Virus record (IMG/VR): IMGVR_UViG_3300042317_000390
Coordinates: 104,654 to 168,653 of that record
Origin: a virus
Length of the DNA: 64,000 nt
Strand: one strand, 5' to 3'
The position numbers and the translations under genes are program-made. Shown here one piece after another: positions 41,270 through 49,568 of this stretch (position 1 is the first letter of the stretch; each line of letters begins with the position of its first letter). The notes beneath the pieces were generated by a model, which searched no databases, was not told where the DNA came from, and was given only the letters and a program-made list of their open reading frames with translations.

Positions 41270-42431
41270 GCAGCAGCTAGGTAGATGGTCTGAATTAACT
41301 AACCAACCAGAAATAAAAGATCTTCAATATGGTATGGACTTTCGTGAGCCACGGTATCGCCGTGAAGTCTTTCTAAGATTTTATGAGTTTCATCTTAAAC
41401 ATAGAAGCCATCCCGGTGGTGTATACTTTGCTTTTCCATGGTTAACGAAATACTATGGGATGGACATGGAAGATAAGTTGTGGATAGCGTTCATTAACGG
41501 ATGCTCTCAGAATATTGTTACATCTTCTATGATCTACGAGAGATTCCCCAAGTTTAAAGATGTCAACGTTGATGAATTATCTGACTGGTGGGATACAGTT
41601 CATCCCAAATTTAAAGCAGGCAGTGGGTGGGATTCAGATAGAAAATACTGTAAAGTTGGAAAAACAGGATTCCCTTCTTGCGTAAAATCGTATAAAGATA
41701 ACGTAGACAAATACGGAACCCAAGAGAATATGTTTGGTTGTCTAACTACTAATGACAACCAATTCTATAATTTTGGTAAGGTATGGGATCATGTAAGAAA
41801 TAATTTTCTATCTTTTGGAAGATTATCAACTTTTTCATATCTTGAGTATTTACGAATCCAAGGAATTAATATAGACTGTAATAGTCTTTTCTTGGACGAT
41901 ATCAGCGGATCAAAGTCTCATCGTAACGGTCTGTGTAAAGTATTAGGTCGTGATGATTTAGATTGGTGGGATGCAGAGGCTTCTCAGAATAAAGGTTTTG
42001 AGGGCTATAAAAAAGAAACCATTGAATGGTTAGTTAAAGAAGGTGATACTCTTCTGTTGGAAGCTAAAGAACGGATTAAGCATCCAGACGTTAGTTTCTT
42101 CACGATGGAATCAACCTTCTGTTGTTATAAGTCTTGGCATCGTCCTAATCGTCGTTATCCAAACGTCTATATGGATATGATGTATAATAGAATCAAATAC
42201 GCAGAGGAAGAGTGGGGAGATAAGTTTCAACATTTCTGGAAGATGCGTAGAGATTCTTTACCAGAACATCTTAGATTAGAAGACAATCCTGCTGATCCGG
42301 GTTTATGTAAAGAGAAGCAAAATCATTACCTAAATACAGGTCAAGTTATTATGATGGATGAAGAGTGGGATTGCTTTAAGAACGACTTTAACGATAACAC
42401 TAAGAATACCCTTGAAAGGTTCTTTGGATGA
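41259..42431 (+). CDS. amino acid:DNA transferase-like protein (aGPT-PPlase clade 2)
   Basis: HhH-like FGRLSTFSYLEYL, D..GSKSHRNGL, ESTFCCYK; operonic with PLP enzyme and kinase. Confidence 0.7.
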   Translation: MQSEQQLGRWSELTNQPEIKDLQYGMDFREPRYRREVFLRFYEFHLKHRSHPGGVYFAFPWLTKYYGMDMEDKLWIAFINGCSQNIVTSSMIYERFPKFKDVNVDELSDWWDTVHPKFKAGSGWDSDRKYCKVGKTGFPSCVKSYKDNVDKYGTQENMFGCLTTNDNQFYNFGKVWDHVRNNFLSFGRLSTFSYLEYLRIQGINIDCNSLFLDDISGSKSHRNGLCKVLGRDDLDWWDAEASQNKGFEGYKKETIEWLVKEGDTLLLEAKERIKHPDVSFFTMESTFCCYKSWHRPNRRYPNVYMDMMYNRIKYAEEEWGDKFQHFWKMRRDSLPEHLRLEDNPADPGLCKEKQNHYLNTGQVIMMDEEWDCFKNDFNDNTKNTLERFFG

Positions 42432-42964
42432 AAATCTTTGCTATCGGTGGTGAGCCAGGTTCTGGTAAGTCCACTCTAATGAAAGAAATACTTAGAAAGA
42501 ATGTTTTTTCTTCTATGTTTGATCAAGTAAAGTTAGTTCCATATCATCAATCAGGATTTGTATATATTCTTGGCAAGTATGAAGAAGGTCAAGTCTTCTC
42601 TGGCACAGATCGTATGTCTATGGCGGTTCAACCAGAGGCAGTGAAGTTTCTAGCCTCCCTTCCTGACAATTCTATTGTCCTTTTTGAAGGTGACCGGCTC
42701 TTCACTGCCTCTTTTCTAGAGCATTGCGTAGAGAAGTATGATACAGAAATCATCTATCTAGAGACTGATAAAACTATCAGAGAAGAAAGATATAAGGAAA
42801 GAGGCAGCGATCAGAACGAAACTTGGTTACAGGGTCGTCAAACTAAGATTGCTAATATCCTTTCCAATATGGTTTTGATGTTTAATACGGTTAAGTTTAA
42901 AAACAATAACAAAGAAGATCAGAAAGTTATTGTTGATCATATTATGAAGACTTTGGAGGCATAA
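42428..42964 (+). CDS. P-loop nucleotide/DNA kinase
   Basis: GGEPGSGKST, GTDRMS, FEGDRL, ERGSDQ. Confidence 0.75.
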   Translation: MKIFAIGGEPGSGKSTLMKEILRKNVFSSMFDQVKLVPYHQSGFVYILGKYEEGQVFSGTDRMSMAVQPEAVKFLASLPDNSIVLFEGDRLFTASFLEHCVEKYDTEIIYLETDKTIREERYKERGSDQNETWLQGRQTKIANILSNMVLMFNTVKFKNNNKEDQKVIVDHIMKTLEA

Positions 42965-43413
42965 TGACACTAAAACCTAATATAGATACCATGTATCCAT
43001 TCGCATCATCACCAACAGGTTCTGTTAGCTCTGCTGAAGAGTATAAGTTTGAAAACGGTCACACTTGGTCAGTAGGTGGAGAAGAGAGAATTAGAGTTAA
43101 CGAAAGCGGCGCTCATTTTACTGCATCAACATGGCCACCTAAATATAAATATAAGGAAGACCAGATTATTGCTGACTTCCATGCCTATATAGATAAGACG
43201 TATGGGCAGCACTATATGACTGAAGAGCAGAATATAGAATGTTTCGATGTTTGGTTGGCTCTTGGTGATTCTTTACCAACTTTCCGAAACACAGCTATTA
43301 AGTATCTTTGGCGTTACGGCAAGAAGAAGGGCAGTAATAAGGATGACCTTATGAAGGTTCTTCATTATACGTTAATGATGCTTTATAACGATCATTATAA
43401 AGGTAATAAATGA
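42964..43413 (+). CDS. DUF3310-like protein
   Basis: YIDKTYGQHY, KYLWRYGKK, DLMKVLHY. Confidence 0.7.
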   Translation: MTLKPNIDTMYPFASSPTGSVSSAEEYKFENGHTWSVGGEERIRVNESGAHFTASTWPPKYKYKEDQIIADFHAYIDKTYGQHYMTEEQNIECFDVWLALGDSLPTFRNTAIKYLWRYGKKKGSNKDDLMKVLHYTLMMLYNDHYKGNK

Positions 43414-43598
43414 GAACACTAGAACAATACGAGGCAGATAAGAAAAAGCTAAAAGAAGAGTTCGGTACAGGTATACAGTGTCCAGCTTGTGGTGATGAAT
43501 TAGTTATTTCTGATCCGGGTGTTATTTTACTATCAAACCCTCCTAGAAAAAAAGTTCATTGTCCAACTTGCAAATATAAAAATACTATTACAGCATAG
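43410..43598 (+). CDS. small Zn-ribbon protein
   Basis: CPACG...CPTCKY. Confidence 0.6.
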   Translation: MRTLEQYEADKKKLKEEFGTGIQCPACGDELVISDPGVILLSNPPRKKVHCPTCKYKNTITA

Positions 43599-43609
43599 AA
43601 AGGTATATT

Positions 43610-44467
43610 ATGGAAATTAAGATCCCAGTTGAAAAGTTGAGAGATAGGAAGCTATTCGTAGCCACTCCTATGTATGGTGGTGTTTGTGCAGGTATGTTTG
43701 CTAAGTCATGCGCTGACCTATCTGCTATTTGTACGCAGTATGGTATTCCACTTCAGTTTTATTATCTATTCAACGAGTCTCTAATTACACGTGCACGTAA
43801 TTATTGCTGCGATGAATTTATGCGTTCCGACGCTCAGCATATGATGTTTATCGATTCTGATATCGGCTTCAATCCTCAAGACGTTATTGCTCTTATGGCA
43901 CTACAGGCTAATGAGGAAGAGAAGTATGATATCATTGGTGGTCCATATCCTAAGAAGTGTATCTCTTGGGAGAAGATTAAGCACGCAGTAGATAAGGGCG
44001 TTGCCGATGAAGATCCAAACGTTCTTGAGAAGTTCGTTGGTGATTACGTGTTTAATCCGAAGGGAGATCAGACTAGTATTCCTCTAAGTGATCCGGTAGA
44101 AGTATTAGAAATCGGAACGGGCTTTATGATGGTCACCAAGAAGGCCATGCAGAAGTTCTACGATTCCTATAAGGATCAGTATTCTTATAAGCCAGATCAT
44201 GTTCGTACAGAGCATTTTGACGGCACTCGTGAAATTCTAATGTTCTTCCAGGCAGAAGTAGATCCAAAGTCAAAGCGTTATCTTTCTGAGGATTATTGGT
44301 TCTGTCAGAAGGCTCAAGAGATCGGACTACGTACGTGGTTCTGTCCTTGGATGAAGTTACAGCATGTTGGAACCTATATTTTTGGCGGTTCTCTTGCTGA
44401 CTTGGCTTCAATCGGTGCTTCGGCAACGGCTGATCCGGGTAAACTTGGTGGTAAAAAGAAGAAGTGA
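43610..44467 (+). CDS. GT-A-fold glycosyltransferase-like protein
   Basis: VATPMYGG, SLITRARN, FIDSD (DxD), GTGFM, SEDYWFC, HVG. Confidence 0.7.
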   Translation: MEIKIPVEKLRDRKLFVATPMYGGVCAGMFAKSCADLSAICTQYGIPLQFYYLFNESLITRARNYCCDEFMRSDAQHMMFIDSDIGFNPQDVIALMALQANEEEKYDIIGGPYPKKCISWEKIKHAVDKGVADEDPNVLEKFVGDYVFNPKGDQTSIPLSDPVEVLEIGTGFMMVTKKAMQKFYDSYKDQYSYKPDHVRTEHFDGTREILMFFQAEVDPKSKRYLSEDYWFCQKAQEIGLRTWFCPWMKLQHVGTYIFGGSLADLASIGASATADPGKLGGKKKK

Positions 44468-44484
44468 AATAACGGAGCTAAATT

Positions 44485-45141
44485 ATGAAGATTGATGTAG
44501 ATACGGTAAATGTTCTGAAGAATTTCTCGAAGATTAATTCTTCAATCGTAGTCCAAGAGGGTAATGTTCTAAAGACCATTTCTCCTACTAAGACTATCAT
44601 GGCGAAGGCAAACGTCAAGACTGACTTTCCAAAGCGTTTTGCTATCTATGAGCTAGATCGGTTTCTTGCTACTCTCAGCACGTTCACTGATCCAGAACTG
44701 GATTTCAAGAATCGTCATGTTGACGTTAAGGATAATCGTCGTGTTACGAATTATCTATATGCCGATGAAAGCACCGTCATTAAGGCACCAGAGAACGAAA
44801 TCAGCCTTCCAACGGTTGACGTTAAGTTTACTCTGATAAACGACGACCTGAAGACTATCGAAAAGTCTAGCGGTATTCTCAATCTACCAGATATTGTTAT
44901 TACTGGTGATGGTAAGAATATCTATATCCAGGCAGCTGATACAAAGGTTTCTTCTGGTACAACTGACTCTATTGAGATCGGTCTAACAGACAAGACCTTC
45001 CGTGCTATCTTCAAGGCTGAGAATATCAATAAGATTATTCCCGGCGATTATGATGTTAGTATTTCATCTAAGGGTATCTCACGGTTCGTGGGAAATGGTG
45101 TAGAGTATTATATCGCAGTTGAAGCCACTTCAACTTTCTAA
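44485..45141 (+). CDS. g45: sliding clamp gp45
   Basis: LKNFSKINSSI, FAIYELDRFL, YYIAVE. Confidence 0.9.
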   Translation: MKIDVDTVNVLKNFSKINSSIVVQEGNVLKTISPTKTIMAKANVKTDFPKRFAIYELDRFLATLSTFTDPELDFKNRHVDVKDNRRVTNYLYADESTVIKAPENEISLPTVDVKFTLINDDLKTIEKSSGILNLPDIVITGDGKNIYIQAADTKVSSGTTDSIEIGLTDKTFRAIFKAENINKIIPGDYDVSISSKGISRFVGNGVEYYIAVEATSTF

Positions 45142-45143
45142 TT

Positions 45144-45170
45144 GAAGGGGGTTTATCCCCCTTCTTCTTT
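45144..45170 (+). terminator. probable terminator
   Basis: GAAGGGGG-TTTAT-CCCCCTTC followed by a T-rich tail. Confidence 0.6.
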
Positions 45171-45186
45171 ATTATGGAGCGATGAT

Positions 45187-45405
45187 ATGTCTAGAAGAAT
45201 GCCAGAAGATCAAATAATTCAAACTCTGTTTGGTCCAGAGGTAGTAATGAAAACATGTAATACATGCGATAAAGATCTACCAATATCCAACTTTTATTAT
45301 TCTTCTCATACGTCTAATAATGTTAGAAACCAGTGCATCAACTGTTGGAAAAAGCACAATGGTCGTTCTAACTTCGCTAACGTCGCTATGTTTGAGGTGA
45401 GATAA
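45187..45405 (+). CDS. small Zn-finger protein (resembles an endonuclease N-terminal finger)
   Basis: KTCNTC...FY...NQCINC; GGAG SD. Confidence 0.55.
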   Translation: MSRRMPEDQIIQTLFGPEVVMKTCNTCDKDLPISNFYYSSHTSNNVRNQCINCWKKHNGRSNFANVAMFEVR

Positions 45406-46343
45406 TGAATGAAGAATTTCTTTGGGTAGAAAAGTATCGACCGGCAACAATTCAAGATACTATTTTACCTTGTGAATTAAAGGCTACGTTTCAACAATTC
45501 GTAGACCAGAAGAATATCCCTAACTTAATCCTATCAGGTTCAGCCGGTGTTGGTAAGACAACTGTTGCTCGTGCTATGCTAGAACAGTTGGGTTGTGACT
45601 ATATCGTAATTAACGGATCTATGAATGGCAATATCGATACCTTACGAAATGAAATTCTCAACTTTGCCTCATCCGTCAGTTTGCTTGGCGGGAGAAAATA
45701 TGTCATCCTTGACGAAGCAGATTACCTTAATGCCAACAGCACTCAACCTGCACTTCGCAACTTCATGGAAGAGTTTTCCAGAAATTGCGGATTCATCCTT
45801 ACGTGCAACTTCAAGAACCGTATCATTGAGCCTCTTCATTCTAGATGTTCTGTAATTGATTTTAAGATCAGCAAGAAGGCTATGGCTAAACTTGCTACAC
45901 AGTTCTTCAAGAGAGTAAAATTTATTCTTGATGCTGAGAAGGTAGAATACGATCCAGCAGTTGTAGCAGAAGTTATCAATAAGCATTTCCCAGATTGGCG
46001 TAGAGTTCTTAATGAACTTCAGCGTTATTCTGCTACAGGTAAGATTGATACGGGTATTCTTGTTAACCTACAGGAATCATCCATCAAGGATCTTATCGCT
46101 CTGCTTAAAGATAAGAACTATACAGAAGTATGTAAGTGGGTTAAGAGTAACCTAGATACAGACGTAAATACACTATATAATCAGTTCTATGAAGTATCAA
46201 ACGATGTATTCACTAAGAATGGTGGTGCTCAGATGATTCTTCATATCGCTAGATACCAGTATCAAAATGCGTTTTCTGCTAATCCAGAAATCAACTTTCT
46301 AGCGTTCCTTATTGAAGTTATGAAAGACTGTGAGTTCGCCTGA
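45405..46343 (+). CDS. g44: clamp loader large subunit gp44
   Basis: LWVEKYRP, GSAGVGKTT, DEAD, SRC. Confidence 0.95.
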   Translation: MNEEFLWVEKYRPATIQDTILPCELKATFQQFVDQKNIPNLILSGSAGVGKTTVARAMLEQLGCDYIVINGSMNGNIDTLRNEILNFASSVSLLGGRKYVILDEADYLNANSTQPALRNFMEEFSRNCGFILTCNFKNRIIEPLHSRCSVIDFKISKKAMAKLATQFFKRVKFILDAEKVEYDPAVVAEVINKHFPDWRRVLNELQRYSATGKIDTGILVNLQESSIKDLIALLKDKNYTEVCKWVKSNLDTDVNTLYNQFYEVSNDVFTKNGGAQMILHIARYQYQNAFSANPEINFLAFLIEVMKDCEFA

Positions 46344-46801
46344 TGACTAAGTTTCTAAATGTACTAATGGAGGAAAGAGAATCAGAGAAATCTGTTGAGA
46401 CGAAGAAGAAGGAAGCATATGATTGGCGCTATGAAAATAGCATCATGAATGGACCAAAGGTAGAGATAGATGGTGATTACTCTCAGTGGAGAATCAACAA
46501 TATTCTTTCCAAGCATAAAGATATTGTTCCGTTTATCAACGAAATGAATATCAATTATCAGGTTTCAAACCATATGCACTATAGCTATCTTCATGGTGCA
46601 GTTAGAAAATATCGTCGTCAGTATACAAAAGGTGAAACTAAACAGGAAAAAGCAGCTAGAGAGAAAGAACAAGAACTTATCTCCTTGATTTCTGAGCACT
46701 ATAAATATAATATTGTTCGTGCTAAGGAAGTCCTAAAGATTCTCACAGCGGAGCAAATTAATGAAATAAGAAAAAGAAAAGAAAAAGGTGGAGTAAAATG
46801 A
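46343..46801 (+). CDS. g62: clamp loader small subunit gp62
   Basis: Between g44 and regA; NEMN, HYKYN..RAKEVL.IL. Confidence 0.8.
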   Translation: MTKFLNVLMEERESEKSVETKKKEAYDWRYENSIMNGPKVEIDGDYSQWRINNILSKHKDIVPFINEMNINYQVSNHMHYSYLHGAVRKYRRQYTKGETKQEKAAREKEQELISLISEHYKYNIVRAKEVLKILTAEQINEIRKRKEKGGVK

Positions 46802-47199
46802 ATGAATTTTTGGACTCTTTAGTAGAGGTGAAATTTGCAGAAGAAGAAGATTTTTTAAAGATTAAAGAAACTTTGACACGTATTGGTGTTGCTTCTCGCA
46901 AGGAAAAGAAATTATATCAATCATGTCATATTTTTCATAAACAGGGAAAGTATTACATAGTACATTTCAAAGAAATGTTTTTGATTGATGGAAAGGATTC
47001 TAATTTTTCAGAAGAAGATAGAGGTCGTAGAAACAAGATCGCACATCTTCTTCAGGAATGGGGTCTTTTAAAAGTAGTTGAACCAGAAAGAATTACTGAA
47101 CCATTAGCATCTATGAGTCAGATTAAGATCATCAATCATAAAGAAAAGCATGATTGGACTCTTGAGGCTAAGTATAATATGGGTCGTAAGAAAAAGTAA
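46798..47199 (+). CDS. regA: translational repressor RegA
   Basis: DFLKIKETLTRIGVAS, LYQSCHIFHKQGKYYIVHFKE. Confidence 0.95.
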   Translation: MNEFLDSLVEVKFAEEEDFLKIKETLTRIGVASRKEKKLYQSCHIFHKQGKYYIVHFKEMFLIDGKDSNFSEEDRGRRNKIAHLLQEWGLLKVVEPERITEPLASMSQIKIINHKEKHDWTLEAKYNMGRKKK

Positions 47200-47215
47200 T
47201 TGAAGGAATTATATT

Positions 47216-47566
47216 ATGTGGCCATTTAAAGTTGAAAAGAAACCAAGAACACCAGCAGAAGAACAGATTGAGTTAATCAGAAATATTCTGTTTCCTCCTA
47301 CAAAAGTAGATGAGCAGTATGGAGAAGATGGTGTTTTGCGTAAATGGCAAGTAGATTATTCTGCTGATATGAATCTTTATGCGGCTTTAATAGATCTTCA
47401 AGAAGGCCATAATGATAAGGCAGTCCATAATACCATTAATGATATTCAGGATAGACTTATCAAAGTTAGAGAAATATTAGAAGAACACATGCAGCTAAGT
47501 AAGGAAGCGGATTACATAGTTGTTGAAAACTTGAAGGAAGAGATTGATGTCGATTCAAGAGAATGA
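47216..47566 (+). CDS. hypothetical protein
   Basis: AAGGA SD, ORF. Confidence 0.55.
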   Translation: MWPFKVEKKPRTPAEEQIELIRNILFPPTKVDEQYGEDGVLRKWQVDYSADMNLYAALIDLQEGHNDKAVHNTINDIQDRLIKVREILEEHMQLSKEADYIVVENLKEEIDVDSRE

Positions 47567-47723
47567 CATTAAAGAGATAGTTCAGCTTATCGAAAAGATG
47601 ATTGATAAAAGATATCATTATCTACACGAGCGAGAATATGAAAACTACAATACATGTAGAGCTATTAACGCCGAATATCAAGTTGTCGTAGAAGAATTAA
47701 TAAAAAAAATAAAAGAATTTTGA
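47547..47723 (+). CDS. 58-aa hypothetical protein (absent from ORF track)
   Basis: MSIQENDIKEIVQLIEKMIDKR...KEF*. Confidence 0.45.
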   Translation: MSIQENDIKEIVQLIEKMIDKRYHYLHEREYENYNTCRAINAEYQVVVEELIKKIKEF

Positions 47724-47741
47724 AAAAATCGAAAAAAACCA

Positions 47742-47770
47742 TTTACTTCTAGGTTGAGTTACTATATTAT
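47742..47770 (+). promoter_or_regulatory. early sigma70-type promoter with upstream A-tracts
   Basis: TTTACT-17 nt-TATTAT. Confidence 0.7.
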
Positions 47771-47799
47771 AGATATATTAGAAATAAGGAGTAACGACT

Positions 47800-47973
47800 A
47801 TGGACAACATCAATCTCCAAGTCCAAGACGAGACGGGAAACTGGCGTACATATACCGTTACTCAAAATAATTCCCAGTTAATCATAATGGGGATGCGACA
47901 GCTACAGTGGCAGTTTCCTTCGAGACGCATTCGTGCTGTTGATGATTGTGGTAGAGTAGTTGACATACTTTAA
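47800..47973 (+). CDS. 57-aa hypothetical early protein (absent from ORF track)
   Basis: AAGGAG SD; MDNINLQVQDETGNWRT...RIRAVD..GRVVDIL*. Confidence 0.65.
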   Translation: MDNINLQVQDETGNWRTYTVTQNNSQLIIMGMRQLQWQFPSRRIRAVDDCGRVVDIL

Positions 47974-47993
47974 TTAAATAGGAGAAATATATA

Positions 47994-48200
47994 ATGGTAA
48001 AGACTCAGACAGATCGTGTTATTAATGCTCTCGTGACTAAGGGTCAGGCTCTAACAGCCAAGCAGATTTCAGCACGTTTCGGTGCAGCTAATCCACATGG
48101 TCTAGTTTACAGCCTTCGTAAGAAGGGTCTAAACATCAAGCTAGTTACCACAAAGGATTCTCGTGGTCGTGAGACTTCGAAGTATACATACGTAGGCTAA
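47994..48200 (+). CDS. small winged-helix DNA-binding protein
   Basis: LTAKQISARFGAANP...SLRKKGLNI; AGGAG SD. Confidence 0.65.
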   Translation: MVKTQTDRVINALVTKGQALTAKQISARFGAANPHGLVYSLRKKGLNIKLVTTKDSRGRETSKYTYVG

Positions 48201-48201
48201 A

Positions 48202-48413
48202 TAAAGTTTCGTGGGTCTGGGCGAAAGAACGCAAGACCCTAGTTGGTAAGGGAGATCACCACCCTTGGATACACGCCGTCCGTATGGAGATTTCCGGCGC
48301 AACCGGACGAAAGGCCAGCCCAAGGGGAACCGGGTCATTAAAACACAATGGGGTTTTAATGATTTTCAATCAACGGTTCTTAAACAGACACCAACACCCA
48401 CGGAATAACTTTA
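48202..48413 (+). ncRNA. candidate ~210-nt structured non-coding RNA
   Basis: 5'/3' ends pair (48207-16/48396-405); nested helices CCCUUGG/CCAAGGG, UCCGG/CCGGA, GAACCG/CGGUUC, GUCAUUAAAAC/GUUUUAAUGAU. Confidence 0.6.
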
Positions 48414-48424
48414 CAGGAGTTTAT

Positions 48425-48655
48425 ATGCCTACCTATTACAGGTGTAGAACATGTTCTCGTATAACTAGCTTCTACCCTTGGGGGTGTATGAAACCATTTT
48501 GTGAAGTAAAGAGAAACCTTCTTGGTGATGTTATATGGAATCTCTTTATTTTCATAGCGGTAATAAGTATAATATTCTTAGCGGCGAGTAACTTTGTTGT
48601 TAACGCTAAACTAAGAGATTTGTACGGCGTACAGTATACGGTTATTCCCCGATAG
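48425..48655 (+). CDS. small Cys-motif membrane protein (start probably ATG 48425)
   Basis: AGGAG SD; CRTC...C...C plus a TM helix; stop lies inside tRNA-Asn. Confidence 0.5.
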   Translation: MPTYYRCRTCSRITSFYPWGCMKPFCEVKRNLLGDVIWNLFIFIAVISIIFLAASNFVVNAKLRDLYGVQYTVIPR

Positions 48656-48721
48656 CTCAGCTGGTAGAGCAAGGCACTGTTAATGCCTGGGTCGGAGGTT
48701 CGAGTCCTTCTCGGGGAGCCA
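48646..48721 (+). tRNA. tRNA-Asn(GUU)
   Basis: Cloverleaf, AGGCA-CTGTTAA-TGCCT, GTTCGAG, encoded CCA. Confidence 0.95.
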
Positions 48722-48735
48722 GTTAGGTTGGTCGC

Positions 48736-48743
48736 TATAAATA
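48736..48743 (+). promoter_or_regulatory. late promoter
   Basis: TATAAATA upstream of the Gly/Tyr-rich gene. Confidence 0.65.
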
Positions 48744-48787
48744 GACTCGTGTGGATCTAAGGTTAGTCCACAACTATGGAGATTAAA

Positions 48788-49081
48788 ATGAAAAAGACCC
48801 TTATTGCTTTACTAACCGTGCTAACACTAGCAACGACTGCTGCTCCAGCTAACGCTTGGTGGCGTGGTGGTTACTACGGAGGATATTACGGTGGTTATGG
48901 ATGGGGCGGTTACGGTGCTGCTATGGGTATCGGTGCAGCTATCGGCGTTCTAGGTGGACTAGCAGCTTCTGGCGGTTATGGATATGGTTACGGCTATAAT
49001 CCATATTACGGATATGCTCCACCACGTGGTTATGGTTATCCTTATGGTTATCCTTCTAATGGATATTACTACGGATGGTAA
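48788..49081 (+). CDS. secreted/membrane Gly-Tyr-rich protein
   Basis: Signal peptide MKKTLIALL...APANA; GGYY repeats; glycine-zipper-like segment. Confidence 0.65.
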   Translation: MKKTLIALLTVLTLATTAAPANAWWRGGYYGGYYGGYGWGGYGAAMGIGAAIGVLGGLAASGGYGYGYGYNPYYGYAPPRGYGYPYGYPSNGYYYGW

Positions 49082-49083
49082 TC

Positions 49084-49479
49084 ATGAAAAAGATCATTCT
49101 CGTTTTATCGTTGCTTATAGCATCGAGTGCTTATGCGGGCAACGAGATAGATGTGTGTAACGGTTGTAAGATTTATTATTCAACTCCAAGAAGAGTTGTA
49201 GTAAAGAAAACCGTTACGAGACAAGTTCCTGTTCCAGTAGCAGTCCCTGTTGCTCCGGCACCAATGCCTGTTCCTGTTGCGGTTCCAGTGGCTCCAATAC
49301 AACAGCCTGTAGCTGTTCAGTATTATCCTGCTGGACCTGGACCAATCACTTCAACTATGATGGTTCCAGTAGCAGTTCCTGTAGCACCACCTCCTAGAGT
49401 TTGTGCTTGGTATATTGATCCATACGATCTGTTCGGACAGTTGTTCGGTAATCCAGATCTGGTTCAATCTTGTTGGTAA
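49084..49479 (+). CDS. secreted Pro/Val-rich protein
   Basis: Signal peptide MKKIILVLSLLIASSAYA; PVAVPVAP repeats; four Cys. Confidence 0.6.
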   Translation: MKKIILVLSLLIASSAYAGNEIDVCNGCKIYYSTPRRVVVKKTVTRQVPVPVAVPVAPAPMPVPVAVPVAPIQQPVAVQYYPAGPGPITSTMMVPVAVPVAPPPRVCAWYIDPYDLFGQLFGNPDLVQSCW

Positions 49480-49487
49480 ACTAATAC

Positions 49488-49563
49488 GCCCAAATAGCTC
49501 AGCTGGTAGAGCAACTGATTTGTAATCAGTAGGTCGGGAGTTCGAATCTCTCTTTGGGCACCA
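49488..49563 (+). tRNA. tRNA-Thr(UGU)
   Basis: ACTGA-TTTGTAA-TCAGT, GTTCGAA, CCA. Confidence 0.95.
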
Positions 49564-49568
49564 TAATT

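Noticed and set aside
48202-48413. Canonical RNase P RNA, tmRNA, 6S RNA or hammerhead ribozyme
   Set aside because: Lacks GAGGAAAGUCC/GGCUUA, a tRNA-like CCA end and CUGAUGA; multi-branched rather than the 6S rod.
48284-48424. N-terminal part of the 123-aa ORF in the track (and the opposite-strand 48141-48338 ORF)
   Set aside because: It overlaps the structured RNA; a clear AGGAG SD supports a start at 48425 instead.
48646-48655. ORF stop codons lying inside tRNA genes (also 63002-63011) as a special mechanism
   Set aside because: tRNA positions 8-10 are usually UAG, so run-in stops are expected in compact genomes.
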